IMG/VR virus record: IMGVR_UViG_3300050120_000152
Location: 62,001-126,000 of that record
Direction: 5' to 3' (one strand)
DNA: 64,000 bases
The position numbers and the translations under genes were made by a program. Of this stretch, positions 39,655 through 49,826 are shown piece after piece. Position 1 is the first letter of the stretch, and each line of letters begins with the position of its first letter. The notes beneath the pieces were generated by a model. That model saw only the letters and a program-made list of their open reading frames with translations. It did not search any database and was not told the origin of the DNA.

Positions 39655-39681
39655 ATAAAGCCCCTTTCGGGGCTTTATTTT
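39655..39681. terminator. Bidirectional terminator
   Basis: ataaagcccc-tttc-ggggctttatttt; a near-identical hairpin lies at about 63946-63974. Confidence 0.85.
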
Positions 39682-39947
39682 TACTTATTTGAATTGTAAG
39701 CTTGCGCCCAAGGATATATGCGAACTAAATCACTATATCCACCAATATACGATTCATCTATGAATATTTGAGGCACAGTATTAATTTTTACATCCAATCC
39801 TAAAGCATCAACTCTGGCTTGAACTTGTTCTTTTGTAATATTCGTACCAATGGTATATTCGGTAAAAGGTAAATCAGCAGCTTTAAATGCATTTTTTGCA
39901 TTAACACAATACGGGCAATTCGGTTTACTATAAATCTCAATTTTCAT
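39681..39947 (-). CDS. Glutaredoxin
   Basis: CPYC, TVPQIF, IGGY. Confidence 0.93.
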   Translation of the reverse strand: MKIEIYSKPNCPYCVNAKNAFKAADLPFTEYTIGTNITKEQVQARVDALGLDVKINTVPQIFIDESYIGGYSDLVRIYPWAQAYNSNK

Positions 39948-40018
39948 TTATTATTCTCCTAAAAATAATGACAACTTTCGTTGTCATTATTTAGTATATC
40001 ATTAATGCTGGTGAAATA

Positions 40019-40342
40019 TCAATCTTCTTTTTTACCATCACCATTCTTGCTACCTTCAGGTCTGCCAGTGCGCGGCAATTCACCATCTTTACCTTGCTTA
40101 GCCTTCAATGCCTGTACACTGGTTAAGTGATACCATGAATCACGGCTACCCGGTTCTGGTTCACGACTAGCTTTCAAGTCACCATCAGCTTTATATTGTC
40201 TGACTCGTGACATACTGCAACCTAGAATTTTTGCGGCTTGAGCCCCGGTTATTTCTTCAGATTTTGGGGCTGGAGCCTTATTCGGTGTTTCATCTTCGGT
40301 AGTAGATTCTTTCAATAATTTGTTCAAAACATCTAATTTCAT
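40019..40342 (-). CDS. MerR/Xis-type HTH protein
   Basis: TGAQAAKILGCSMSRVRQY..DG.L; late promoter 40367-40374. Confidence 0.7.
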   Translation of the reverse strand: MKLDVLNKLLKESTTEDETPNKAPAPKSEEITGAQAAKILGCSMSRVRQYKADGDLKASREPEPGSRDSWYHLTSVQALKAKQGKDGELPRTGRPEGSKNGDGKKED

Positions 40343-40385
40343 TGCGGGGATTCCGTTAGTTATGTCTATTTATATCTATATTTGA

Positions 40386-40679
40386 TTATGGTAACGACTT
40401 TGAAGTACAAACAAGGTCTTCCCATTCGATTTGATTTATTGACCAATGTTTACCATTTACGTCAACTACATTAGAAATTATAAAATCTGCGAAATATTGT
40501 GAGGGTATATCTACTCGTTGAGATTTTAAATATTCTACTGTAGAATGATCTAATTTACTTACACAGCTTACTAAGGTATCATTATGAACCTTAGACAAAT
40601 CGGGGGGTGTTGGTGTAACAGTTTGTGCCGAACATGAAAATACAAACATTAGCATCGGAATTATTAAAAACTTTTTCAT
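40386..40679 (-). CDS. Secreted protein or lipoprotein, hypothetical
   Basis: MKKFLIIPMLMFVFSC signal. Confidence 0.55.
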   Translation of the reverse strand: MKKFLIIPMLMFVFSCSAQTVTPTPPDLSKVHNDTLVSCVSKLDHSTVEYLKSQRVDIPSQYFADFIISNVVDVNGKHWSINQIEWEDLVCTSKSLP

Positions 40680-40727
40680 TGCATTTCTCAATTTATTAAT
40701 ATTATTTATTCCACTATAAATAATTTC

Positions 40728-41186
40728 ATGCAAGATAAAATCAAAGACCCTATTAAAATAGATAAAAAACAAACCTTTTCATTGATACTTACCATTATAA
40801 CAGTATGTTTAATTTTGGTAGCTGGGGGTATTATGCTACCTTATCTAGTGAGTCATCATAAACAAAACTCATTAGACACACATTTTTATTTGAATAGAAT
40901 TACTAATTTGGCACAAGTTACAGAAAAGTATAAGACATTCTGGCATAGATATGATATAATACTGACTCAGCGTGCCAATACTGATGGAAACCCTGCAATA
41001 AGTTTACAAGAAAAAGCCACATTTGATGAAGGATTTTTTGGCACATTAGGATTGACAGTAGATCAGACAACTAAAACCATCACAAAAAATGATGGATCAT
41101 ATCCCAATGAAACTGCATTAATTTGTAGGATTAACTATTATTACCCTTCTCACCCATGGATACATCCGATCTGCCCAGATTTATAA
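40728..41186 (+). CDS. Membrane-anchored hypothetical protein
   Basis: N-terminal TM; late promoter at 40715. Confidence 0.6.
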   Translation: MQDKIKDPIKIDKKQTFSLILTIITVCLILVAGGIMLPYLVSHHKQNSLDTHFYLNRITNLAQVTEKYKTFWHRYDIILTQRANTDGNPAISLQEKATFDEGFFGTLGLTVDQTTKTITKNDGSYPNETALICRINYYYPSHPWIHPICPDL

Positions 41187-41459
41187 TTTTAAACCCTTTG
41201 AGAACCGTGTTGATACCGTCAATAGTTCCGAGCAATCCAATAATCAAAGTAAATATGCCATTGGTTAATTGAAAATTACTATGCGAATCACTTAGAGAAA
41301 TTCCGCCATATATAACGATAGCACCGAAGAATAAAGTGAAGATAGCCCCAACAATCAGATTGTACACTGCATATTTTTTTGTTAATTTATTCATATCTAT
41401 TGACTTTCATTCTTATTTTATTTATCATCGCCAACTCACCCAACCCAACAGGAAATTAA

Positions 41460-41765
41460 ATGAATAAGCCCCATCATGAACAACTATCCATTAAACCGGA
41501 ACACGATTATGTATTTGTTAAACATACTAAAGTCAAACAAACTACTATGGCATCTGGTGTTATTGTAGCTGAAGTAAATAAATTTGCTGATATTTTGAAT
41601 GGGACAGTAGTTGCCGTAAGCGACAGTAGCCCATATCCATTAACAGTAAATATTGCGGATACAGTCTGGTTTACCGAACAGACTATCAAAACTAAAACTA
41701 TTTTAGATGGTAAAGAATACTTAGTATTAAGTGAAAAAGATTTGCTTGCCTATCGATCCCATTAA
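41460..41765 (+). CDS. groES: Co-chaperonin GroES-like
   Basis: IKPEHDYVFV, TMASGVIV, GTVVAV, DGKEYLVLSEKDLLA. Confidence 0.85.
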   Translation: MNKPHHEQLSIKPEHDYVFVKHTKVKQTTMASGVIVAEVNKFADILNGTVVAVSDSSPYPLTVNIADTVWFTEQTIKTKTILDGKEYLVLSEKDLLAYRSH

Positions 41766-42498
41766 CGCATGCGTTAATTGAGAATATTGTAATCCAGCCT
41801 TGAAAAATTCATACCGCATGAATTTTTCAAGGTCATTAGAATATTACAATGTGTTATATCTATTGATTATAATAATATACATCAAGGCTGTCATAGTATA
41901 ACATAGAATTTAAAATAATTCAATAATTCCGATAATTAATTTATCTATGGTTCATAATTATATCATTGACGTTACTATATGTAATGTATTACACTAGTCT
42001 CTGTTGAAATATATCATATCGAGGAATGTTGTCATGGGTAAAATTTTTGGTGAACTCTTAACTACATATGCTTTGTACACTTTGAACGGTGCAGGGTTAA
42101 TTGTTGTTTTCTGGACTTTAGCAAGTTGGTACATCACTTGCATTTATGGATGGTTGGCTGAAGGTGCATTCGTTGTGCTGACCTATATAGCGCTCAAGCT
42201 GATTATCAATGCTATTGCAAATTATATCAACAAAAAATCTATTTATTATGGTAACCGATCTAATTGGGACAACCGTAAGAAAGATACTGAATAAGGAGTC
42301 TGCTATGTATACTGTAGTTTACGAATGGAACGGTCGTAGATCAGCTATTTATGATATCGTGTTGCAATGGGTAAAAGAAGAAGGCCGTCTTCCTATTGAA
42401 ACTATTAAAAAGTTTTTGATAGGAGATGCTGAACCCAAACTGTCTGCTCGTTTCTATTACATCCGAAAGGATTGACATAAATATTCCCATTACATATA

Positions 42499-44733
42499 AT
42501 GGGAGTACTTCAACTATTACTGGATCATTTAATGATTATTCCAAATTCTAATCCCTTCGTGATTCAGTCTCAAAATCTTGTTAGTCATGATTTTGGTGCT
42601 AAGTTGGATGGCAAATTCTTTAAAATGATTACCGAATCGCAGTATGAGAACAAAATTGGTTCTCCTGTGCGAGAATTATCGTGTAATGCCTTGGATTCAC
42701 ATAATTCTGTTGGGAAAGGCAATATTCCATTTGAAATTCATTTACCATCGGTTTATGAACCGTGGTTCAGTGTGCGTGACTTTGGTTCAGGCATGTCTGA
42801 TGAATTTGTACAAACCACTTATACTACCTTTGGTGCCAGTACCAAAGATATTGCCAATGATGCTATTGGCGGGTTTGGGTTAGGATCGAAAACGCCGCTG
42901 GCATATACAGATAGCTTCTCAGTCTGTTCTATTTTTAACGGTGTGAAATCACATTACAGCGTCATTTATGGTGATACTGGTATTCCCGCATTGACAGCGT
43001 TTGACAGCGAACCCACTGATGACCCCAATGGCGTAGAAATTAAGTTTTCTGTTAAGTCAGACGATTATCGTAGTTTTTCTAATGAAGTAATCAAACAGTT
43101 GATGTTCTTCAAGGTTAAACCAACATTGCTTAACAATACGTTTAATGCTCAATTTCATGAAATCGAATATAAGGAAAATTTTGGTAATTTTAAGATTACC
43201 AATAGCGTTTCGGGAATGTGGATCGTTCAGGGTGAAGTTGGCTATCGTCTCGATAAAGCATTATTTGCGGAAAAAATTAAGGATAAAGACCAACTTGAAT
43301 TTTTCAATCTGTATAATAATGCGGTAATGTTTTTTGATATTGGAGATATTGAGGTTACTATCAGTCGTGAAGGTGTTTCTTATAGCCCGCATACAGTAGA
43401 ACATCTTGAGAAATTTGTAAGCATTCATGCACCCATCATCTATGGAAATATCAAAACACATATTGAAAATATGTCTTGTGATTGGGAGCGGTTATGCTAT
43501 CTGAACGAAGATTATACTAATCGTCGCTTTGCCGCATTAGCTGGCATGAAATTTGGTAAAGATGGCAATACTGGCGATATGAAGCTTTCTATTCATGGTA
43601 GTGGCAGTACAACTTATGGTATTACACTTACTTCAAATTGGCGTGTTAATAACATTAAAATGTGGAACATTTGTTCATTTGACAATACTAAGAAGACACG
43701 CGCGTATTTTAATGGGAATGAGTTTATTATCAATCCATCAAAAAATATTCGTATTTTTATCCGTGATGTAGCAAAATCTACTATTGGCAAAATGAAACAT
43801 TATATCAGTTCAAATTCTGAATATAATGTTTATATGATTGAACATCCTGATGGTGCTGCTAAAGTAAATGCAGAATTTATTGGAAATATTAAAAATTATT
43901 TTGGCGGAGTCGAAATTCAGCTGGCATCAAGTTTTCCAGAGCTTGATCGTTCAGCCCGTATTGCATCAAAGAATAGTCCAGTTGTGGTCTATAAAAATGA
44001 TGCTACTAAAAATGTAATATTTAACACCGAATCATTCTATCATTGGGATCGAATTTATGATGAAGAAGAAATTGAAGGTGGCTATTTCTTAATTTATGAT
44101 TCGTTTCCACGAATTAATGCAGCTATTAATGATCTTGAAATGATCAAAAAAGTTGTGTATGCGGGATTGTTTGATAAACCCATTTATATTATTAAACGTG
44201 AAAAATCAGCTTTGCTACGGGATAATCCAAATTTTAGTTGTCCTATCGTTAAGGCTCGTGAAATTATTGAAGAAAATGAAAAGAAGATTTTGAAATCTGA
44301 AGTGCAAATTCAACGTTATAAATTCGCACGGGCTGTTAACCAATATATTAATGGTGTTATCGGTAGTCCTAATGCGTCTCTTATGATAATCCCGGAGGAT
44401 GTTAATCGGTTGCCTACTAATAGTGTCCCAGCACGTATTAAGAAGATTCACAAAGTCAGTGAACGATACGTAGCACGTATCAATAAAATGATAGAAGAGC
44501 AGACACAACCCTTATTGAAAGCATTATTTGAAGAAAGAATCAAAGCATCATTTGACGATCAACAGAGTGTATTATCAAAAATTTATAATCATAATGATAC
44601 TGAAATGTTTTATGAGAAGTATCCCATGATTAAAGAATTGTACGGATCATATAACCGTTACGGCGAAAGCATAAAAATTCGTTCCAAAAATATGGTTGAT
44701 TACATTTTGACAGTTGACAAGGCAACTGCTTAA
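42499..44733 (+). CDS. rIIA: rIIA-like protein (GHKL ATPase N-terminus); likely start 42532
   Basis: YENKIGSPVRELSCNALDSH, RDFGSGM, GASTK, GGFGLGSK, SREG; directly followed by rIIB. Confidence 0.9.
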   Translation: MGVLQLLLDHLMIIPNSNPFVIQSQNLVSHDFGAKLDGKFFKMITESQYENKIGSPVRELSCNALDSHNSVGKGNIPFEIHLPSVYEPWFSVRDFGSGMSDEFVQTTYTTFGASTKDIANDAIGGFGLGSKTPLAYTDSFSVCSIFNGVKSHYSVIYGDTGIPALTAFDSEPTDDPNGVEIKFSVKSDDYRSFSNEVIKQLMFFKVKPTLLNNTFNAQFHEIEYKENFGNFKITNSVSGMWIVQGEVGYRLDKALFAEKIKDKDQLEFFNLYNNAVMFFDIGDIEVTISREGVSYSPHTVEHLEKFVSIHAPIIYGNIKTHIENMSCDWERLCYLNEDYTNRRFAALAGMKFGKDGNTGDMKLSIHGSGSTTYGITLTSNWRVNNIKMWNICSFDNTKKTRAYFNGNEFIINPSKNIRIFIRDVAKSTIGKMKHYISSNSEYNVYMIEHPDGAAKVNAEFIGNIKNYFGGVEIQLASSFPELDRSARIASKNSPVVVYKNDATKNVIFNTESFYHWDRIYDEEEIEGGYFLIYDSFPRINAAINDLEMIKKVVYAGLFDKPIYIIKREKSALLRDNPNFSCPIVKAREIIEENEKKILKSEVQIQRYKFARAVNQYINGVIGSPNASLMIIPEDVNRLPTNSVPARIKKIHKVSERYVARINKMIEEQTQPLLKALFEERIKASFDDQQSVLSKIYNHNDTEMFYEKYPMIKELYGSYNRYGESIKIRSKNMVDYILTVDKATA

Positions 44734-44775
44734 CCGTAGAATGTCCAAATTATTCACAACATCGGAGAAACAATA

Positions 44776-45765
44776 ATGAGTGTACAACGCATCGCTTATC
44801 AATATAAACAAAATGGCAGTGTCGTCCTATATGTTAATGGTATGGTTACCATTGGTAAGGATGATGTAAATTATAATACTATCATTGCAGCCCTTAAAGC
44901 TGGAGATGATGATGCTGTCCGCCGTAGTATTACGGTAAAGAAGGCAATTGCCGATCTTACGGATGGTCGCGTTGAAATTTTTGGGAGTGAAGTTCATGTG
45001 GATAAGAAGCCATTGCCAAAAGCAGTCGCTGATCGAATCTTGACTCTTTTCCGCAATAATTTCAATTTGAATCCGGTTTTTCGTTTATTGGAAAATATCG
45101 AATCCAATCCTGAAAAATTCAGTCGTGATGAACTGTATTTGTTCTTGGAGCATAACAGCTTACCATTCACACCAGATGGTTGTTTCTTAGCCTATAAAAT
45201 GGTTCGTGGTGATTATTTTGATATCTACACTGGCAAGACTATCAAAAACGAAATTGGTTGTAGACCTGAAATGTTACGTTCGGACGTTGACCCAAATCGT
45301 CATAATACATGTTCGCGTGGTCTTCATTTCTGTTCGTTCGATTATCTTGACAAAGCATACAACATGGATAACGGTCAGCGTTTAATGGTCTTGAAGATTA
45401 ATCCAGCTGATGTAGTTAGTATTCCATCGGATTATAATAATTCCAAGGGTCGTACATGGCGTTATGAAGTGGTCGATGAGTTGCCACATTTTGTCGATGC
45501 CATTCCGAAGGATTTCACTGATAAGTATTCTGATGTGAAGGCTACTGACAATGCTCCTGTAAAGAAGGTTCCCCATGTCAAGGCTGACATTTCGGATAAG
45601 GCTCCTGCCAATTATTCGGCAAAGCTTTCGGAAGCTGATGTTCGCAAAATCAAAAAAATGCTCAAGGAAGATTGGACAATCGTTGGAATCGCCAATACGT
45701 TCGGAGTTTCGGCGCGACAGATTGCCCGAATTCGTGATGGCGAAGCATGGGCTGACGTTAAGTAA
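44776..45765 (+). CDS. rIIB: rIIB-like protein with C-terminal HTH
   Basis: LYLFL...TPDGCFLAYK, CSRGLH, KINPADVVSIPSDYN..KGR. Confidence 0.92.
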   Translation: MSVQRIAYQYKQNGSVVLYVNGMVTIGKDDVNYNTIIAALKAGDDDAVRRSITVKKAIADLTDGRVEIFGSEVHVDKKPLPKAVADRILTLFRNNFNLNPVFRLLENIESNPEKFSRDELYLFLEHNSLPFTPDGCFLAYKMVRGDYFDIYTGKTIKNEIGCRPEMLRSDVDPNRHNTCSRGLHFCSFDYLDKAYNMDNGQRLMVLKINPADVVSIPSDYNNSKGRTWRYEVVDELPHFVDAIPKDFTDKYSDVKATDNAPVKKVPHVKADISDKAPANYSAKLSEADVRKIKKMLKEDWTIVGIANTFGVSARQIARIRDGEAWADVK

Positions 45766-45817
45766 TAGAAGAGGGCGATGAATATTCATCGCCCTTTTTA
45801 CTTGACATGTATGAGCA

Positions 45818-46234
45818 TTGACGTATAATGGATTAATGATAACTCCATACGAACTAAGAAATCTAAGATGTTTGAAATTGATTGCAACGAATCTTACCCA
45901 TGGTTTGCGGTGTAAGCATGCTGCCATGTTGACTGTTGGTGGAAAAATTATTAGCATTGGTGTGAATAAAGCTAAGAGTGATCCTTTACAGAAACGGTAT
46001 ACTCGTCATGCTGCATTGTCATGGACGCATGCTGAAGTAGATTGTCTCAAAGGTATTGAAATTGATTTGAAACGTGCTACACTATATGTAATACGTACTG
46101 ATGATAACGGTAATCTTATGGAAAGTTGTCCCTGTAGTGGATGCCGGTCATTAATCAATGAATTAAAAATCCCACGAATCGTGCATAGTACGACAGATGG
46201 GCAAATTATAGAATTACTCACTAAAGAGAAATAA
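45818..46234 (+). CDS. Zn-dependent nucleoside/nucleotide deaminase (CDA/TadA superfamily)
   Basis: KHAA, HAEVDCL, LYVIR, PCSGC. Confidence 0.85.
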   Translation: MTYNGLMITPYELRNLRCLKLIATNLTHGLRCKHAAMLTVGGKIISIGVNKAKSDPLQKRYTRHAALSWTHAEVDCLKGIEIDLKRATLYVIRTDDNGNLMESCPCSGCRSLINELKIPRIVHSTTDGQIIELLTKEK

Positions 46235-46236
46235 TT

Positions 46237-46689
46237 ATGGATAGTTGGAAAATTACACCAAAAAATACATCATATCGTTTTTTAAATCGTTGGTCGAAAG
46301 CTGATTTAAAGCATCAGACCTTTTGTAGTTATTATCGTTTGGTTGTTCTTAATATACTCAAAGTGTTTATGATTGGTATGATATTACCTTCTATGGTAGT
46401 AGCATTCGCATTAATTACCGGAGTTATTCTACCAGAGAGGCTTAATAATTTTTATGGTGTAACAGAATTCAATATTGCAGTTTATGGGTTTCTATGTTGT
46501 ATGCTATGTATTTTGGGCATATTTGCTGGTATTTTTTATTCAATTGGATTGGGAATTACTTGGTTAGTGGATTGGTTAGCGGAAAAACGTCAAGATAATA
46601 AAAAAGAATCCAATCCAAATATCGTTTGGACTTGGATTAAAACTAAGAAGCAGAAATTCTGTCCATTTGTCGAAATCATCAAGGAATAA
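46237..46689 (+). CDS. Membrane protein (paralogue of the next gene)
   Basis: FCSYY + 2 TM + KQKFCP. Confidence 0.65.
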   Translation: MDSWKITPKNTSYRFLNRWSKADLKHQTFCSYYRLVVLNILKVFMIGMILPSMVVAFALITGVILPERLNNFYGVTEFNIAVYGFLCCMLCILGIFAGIFYSIGLGITWLVDWLAEKRQDNKKESNPNIVWTWIKTKKQKFCPFVEIIKE

Positions 46690-46691
46690 TT

Positions 46692-47258
46692 ATGACCTTC
46701 ATCATCAAGAAAACTAGCTCGTCTTTCAAATATCTTTCACGTTGGAAGAATAATTACAAAGCATTTGCTAAAGACGGTAAGTTTGTATGGTATTATAATG
46801 ATAGTATTGATGCTAGTGACTGGTATTCTCGGAATATTGCAAGAGATTTTTGTTCCTATTATCATGATGTATTAAAATTAATGTTTTTTCATTTTTGTAT
46901 ATCATTATTGGTTCCGTCATTGTTAATTCTTGTATTAATGTTATTTGGTGGAATTTATGTCCCACCAAATGTAACATTAACATCATTATTGTATATTATC
47001 GCAAGTTTGCCAGCAACAATGGGGGTATTATTTTGTGTAGCATTTGTGGTGGTAGCTTTCATAGAAAATGTATGGCCTAAAATTAAAAATTGGGTTAGAA
47101 AATTGTTACCTGAACGTAAGCCACGTCCTGATGCATCAAATAACACACCAAAACAACCCAGTGTGCTTGCAATGTGGTATGATGGCTTCAAGGGCAATTT
47201 CTGCTCCACTATTGAATTTGAAGTAGAGAACCATGATCAAACTATTCACCCCGAATAA
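46692..47258 (+). CDS. Membrane protein
   Basis: DFCSYY + 2 TM + FKGNFCS. Confidence 0.65.
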   Translation: MTFIIKKTSSSFKYLSRWKNNYKAFAKDGKFVWYYNDSIDASDWYSRNIARDFCSYYHDVLKLMFFHFCISLLVPSLLILVLMLFGGIYVPPNVTLTSLLYIIASLPATMGVLFCVAFVVVAFIENVWPKIKNWVRKLLPERKPRPDASNNTPKQPSVLAMWYDGFKGNFCSTIEFEVENHDQTIHPE

Positions 47259-47853
47259 TAGTAAACCTTGGACAGGTAATTTTGCGATTGCCTGTTCTGG
47301 TGGTTTTGATAGTATGGCAGTTGCACATTTCTTTATTAAAGGAAAACGTAAGCCTACTATTTTGCATGTAAATCATTCAACGGGAAATGATGCAGCAGAA
47401 GCTGAAGTATTACATTTTTGCACTCAGAATGAGTTGAAAATGTTTACTTATAAAGTTAATCCTGCGGATAAGCTTAAGAAAGAGTCTTGGGAAGAATTTT
47501 GGCGTAATGAAAGAATCAAGGCTTTTCGAACAGTAGACATGCCAGTGATCACAGGTCATAATTTGGATGATGCTATGGAAACTTGGATGTTTGGGGCTAT
47601 GCATGGGCAACCAAAGCTTATTCCATACAACACCAACAATGTTTATAGACCTTTCTTGCTTACTCCGAAGGATGATCTTCGCAATTATTGCATTAAGCAT
47701 AAGATTAGCTGGAATGAAGATAAAAGTAACAAAGATAATAAGTATGCTCGTAATAGAATTCGCAACAATATCATGCCAGAAGTATTAAAAATCAACGCCG
47801 GTTTCCCCACAGTTGTCGCCCGTAAATATAGAGAAATGTATGAAAAATCCTGA
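47233..47853 (+). CDS. tilS: tRNA(Ile)-lysidine synthetase, minimal PP-loop domain
   Basis: ACSGGFDS, HVNH, RNER, TGHNLDD.MET, RPFL, EDKSN, RNRIR. Confidence 0.88.
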   Translation: MIKLFTPNNSKPWTGNFAIACSGGFDSMAVAHFFIKGKRKPTILHVNHSTGNDAAEAEVLHFCTQNELKMFTYKVNPADKLKKESWEEFWRNERIKAFRTVDMPVITGHNLDDAMETWMFGAMHGQPKLIPYNTNNVYRPFLLTPKDDLRNYCIKHKISWNEDKSNKDNKYARNRIRNNIMPEVLKINAGFPTVVARKYREMYEKS

Positions 47854-48472
47854 TAATTTTGCAAAAAATACCATTGATCGTTATTTGGCTGATGATGATG
47901 ATAACCCACCACCAAAGTCTTATGCTGTTGATAAGTCTTGTGCTGTTGATACAGTCATCAAAATGCTCATTGTAGCCAACCGTAAAGCTATTCAAGATCA
48001 CTTACAATCTATTTTTGATTATGTGCGTAAATCTGCCGACTCTACTGAAAATTTGGCTGATGGTACGATTTATAATTTCCATAAAGGATTTCGCTCATAT
48101 AATGTAGTTGAATCTGTCGGTGACTCTCGTTCACCTGATTATCTATGCATTGATATGGTATTTTATAATTTATTGAATGCAGAGCATTCGTTTTACAATA
48201 CCATTTCGGCATCGGTGTATCGACATAGCATGTTTGAAAACGCACCGTTTGAAGATGACAATGAATAATAGTTTACCTAAAATGAGTAATACCGCATCAG
48301 CAAGTGATCCAAGCGAAGAGTTTTCGTGGACGTGGATTCAATTTTCACCAGAGTATGATCATGGTATGTGGTATTCTACCGAAAAGGATGCTGAGGATGC
48401 AGCCTTAGATAATTATCATCATTTTGGCCCGACGATGAAACAATCAGTATTGATTATTAAGGCTTACAAAGG

Positions 48473-48961
48473 ATGGAATTTATGAACGATATTCAAATGT
48501 TTTATCTAAATGATGCCAGTAATGGTAGACCAACTTACGATCAAGTTATGGCTGCAACGCCAGAATGGATCGAAGGCACTCATGATTGGGTTCAGCGTGC
48601 ATTCCCTAATTTTGAACCAAGTGAGATTGTATCAGATGCTCCGGTATTGGACGAATTTACCTTAATTATTCTTAAGGATAGTCATGTACAGGCACGGATT
48701 TATTCATTAGTATTCAAATATTTGAATCACTACGCCCATATTTCAGATGAAAGTAGATTACCGCATAATAATCGTCGTGTAACGCGCCTCATCAAATTCT
48801 TAATCATGTTGGGATATGAAGATGCCGCCAAAACGGTGTTTATGACATGTCGTAGTTTATTATATGAATGGAATAACGAAACGATCTTGCCATTTGATAT
48901 TAGCACTGCTATTATGTATTGGAGAGAAGCATTAACTTATAAAAGAGAAAATAATGAATAG
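48473..48961 (+). CDS. OGFr-like domain protein
   Basis: HDWVQRAFP..EPS...APVL and HNNRRVTRLIKFL. Confidence 0.75.
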   Translation: MEFMNDIQMFYLNDASNGRPTYDQVMAATPEWIEGTHDWVQRAFPNFEPSEIVSDAPVLDEFTLIILKDSHVQARIYSLVFKYLNHYAHISDESRLPHNNRRVTRLIKFLIMLGYEDAAKTVFMTCRSLLYEWNNETILPFDISTAIMYWREALTYKRENNE

Positions 48962-49591
48962 AGCAGAGTTAACAAATCATTTGAAGATATTGCAATTTGA
49001 CCAAGCTTCAAATATTAAGTTTTATAAAATTTTGTGGTCACGATTGACTGAATTGGATATTCCATCAGATGATGCTACAAAGATTGCATCGACCGTGGAA
49101 TACGATTTTTCAAATGTTCCAGAAGACAACGATAGCTTGAGTGAATTTGCAACCGAGTATGCAGATTATTGTCTAAAGGTTTATAAAAATATTCGTTTAA
49201 ATGGTGTGCGTGATATTACTCCATTGTTACGATATTTCAAAACCTTTAAATTAGAAATTTCTGGATTATGAAATCCGAATAAAATTATTAGGAATAAATT
49301 ATGAACGATTTAATGAAAGTGGTAAAAGAATTATTGACTCAGTATGATAATTATGGTACTGTATCCGAGAAAATTATGGATGAGCTTGAAGAAGCTTACG
49401 AATGTTCCATTTTTAAGACAAGTTCAGTGTTAAATTCTGAATTAGGTTTAGGTGATTTGAATTTTCCTGAACATGCTCCGACCGAAACCGTTGTTTATGA
49501 AGCTGGTGCAGCATTGACTGATGCTCAGCATAATGATGAATTTTAATACTTGACATTAAATTATTTGTGAAGTAGTATAAATAGATTATAT

Positions 49592-49669
49592 GGGCTATTG
49601 AAGGGAATTGGTCTACCTACCATCCTTAGAAGTTGGTGTTTCTCGGTTCGAATCCGAGGTAGCCCACCA
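49592..49669 (+). tRNA. tRNA-Leu(TAG), short variable loop
   Basis: GGGCTAT/GTAGCCC acceptor, loop CTTAGAA, TTCGAAT T-loop, encoded CCA. Confidence 0.85.
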
Positions 49670-49675
49670 AATTAT

Positions 49676-49758
49676 GCCGATGTGGGGGAACGTATACCCA
49701 GCACGCTAAGGACGTGCCGCCGCAAGGCATGCAGGTTCAAGTCCTGTCATCGGTACCA
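49676..49758 (+). tRNA. tRNA-Leu(AAG)
   Basis: Stem GCACG/CGTGC with loop CTAAGGA; long variable arm GCC-GCAA-GGC; A73-CCA. Confidence 0.85.
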
Positions 49759-49766
49759 AATTTAAA

Positions 49767-49822
49767 TCTTAGGGACTGATGATTGTAAGACCCAAGTGAA
49801 ACTAGCGTTCTAGTAACAATCA
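49767..49822 (+). ncRNA. Pseudoknotted, ribozyme-like spacer between tRNAs
   Basis: cttaggg/cccaag crosses tgattgt/acaatca; hairpin actag/ctagt. Confidence 0.35.
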
Positions 49823-49826
49823 ATAT

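Noticed and set aside
49776-49815. Canonical hammerhead ribozyme
   Set aside because: CTGATGA and GAAAC..GTA are present, but stem I cannot form and stem II is not properly closed; kept only as a ribozyme-like candidate
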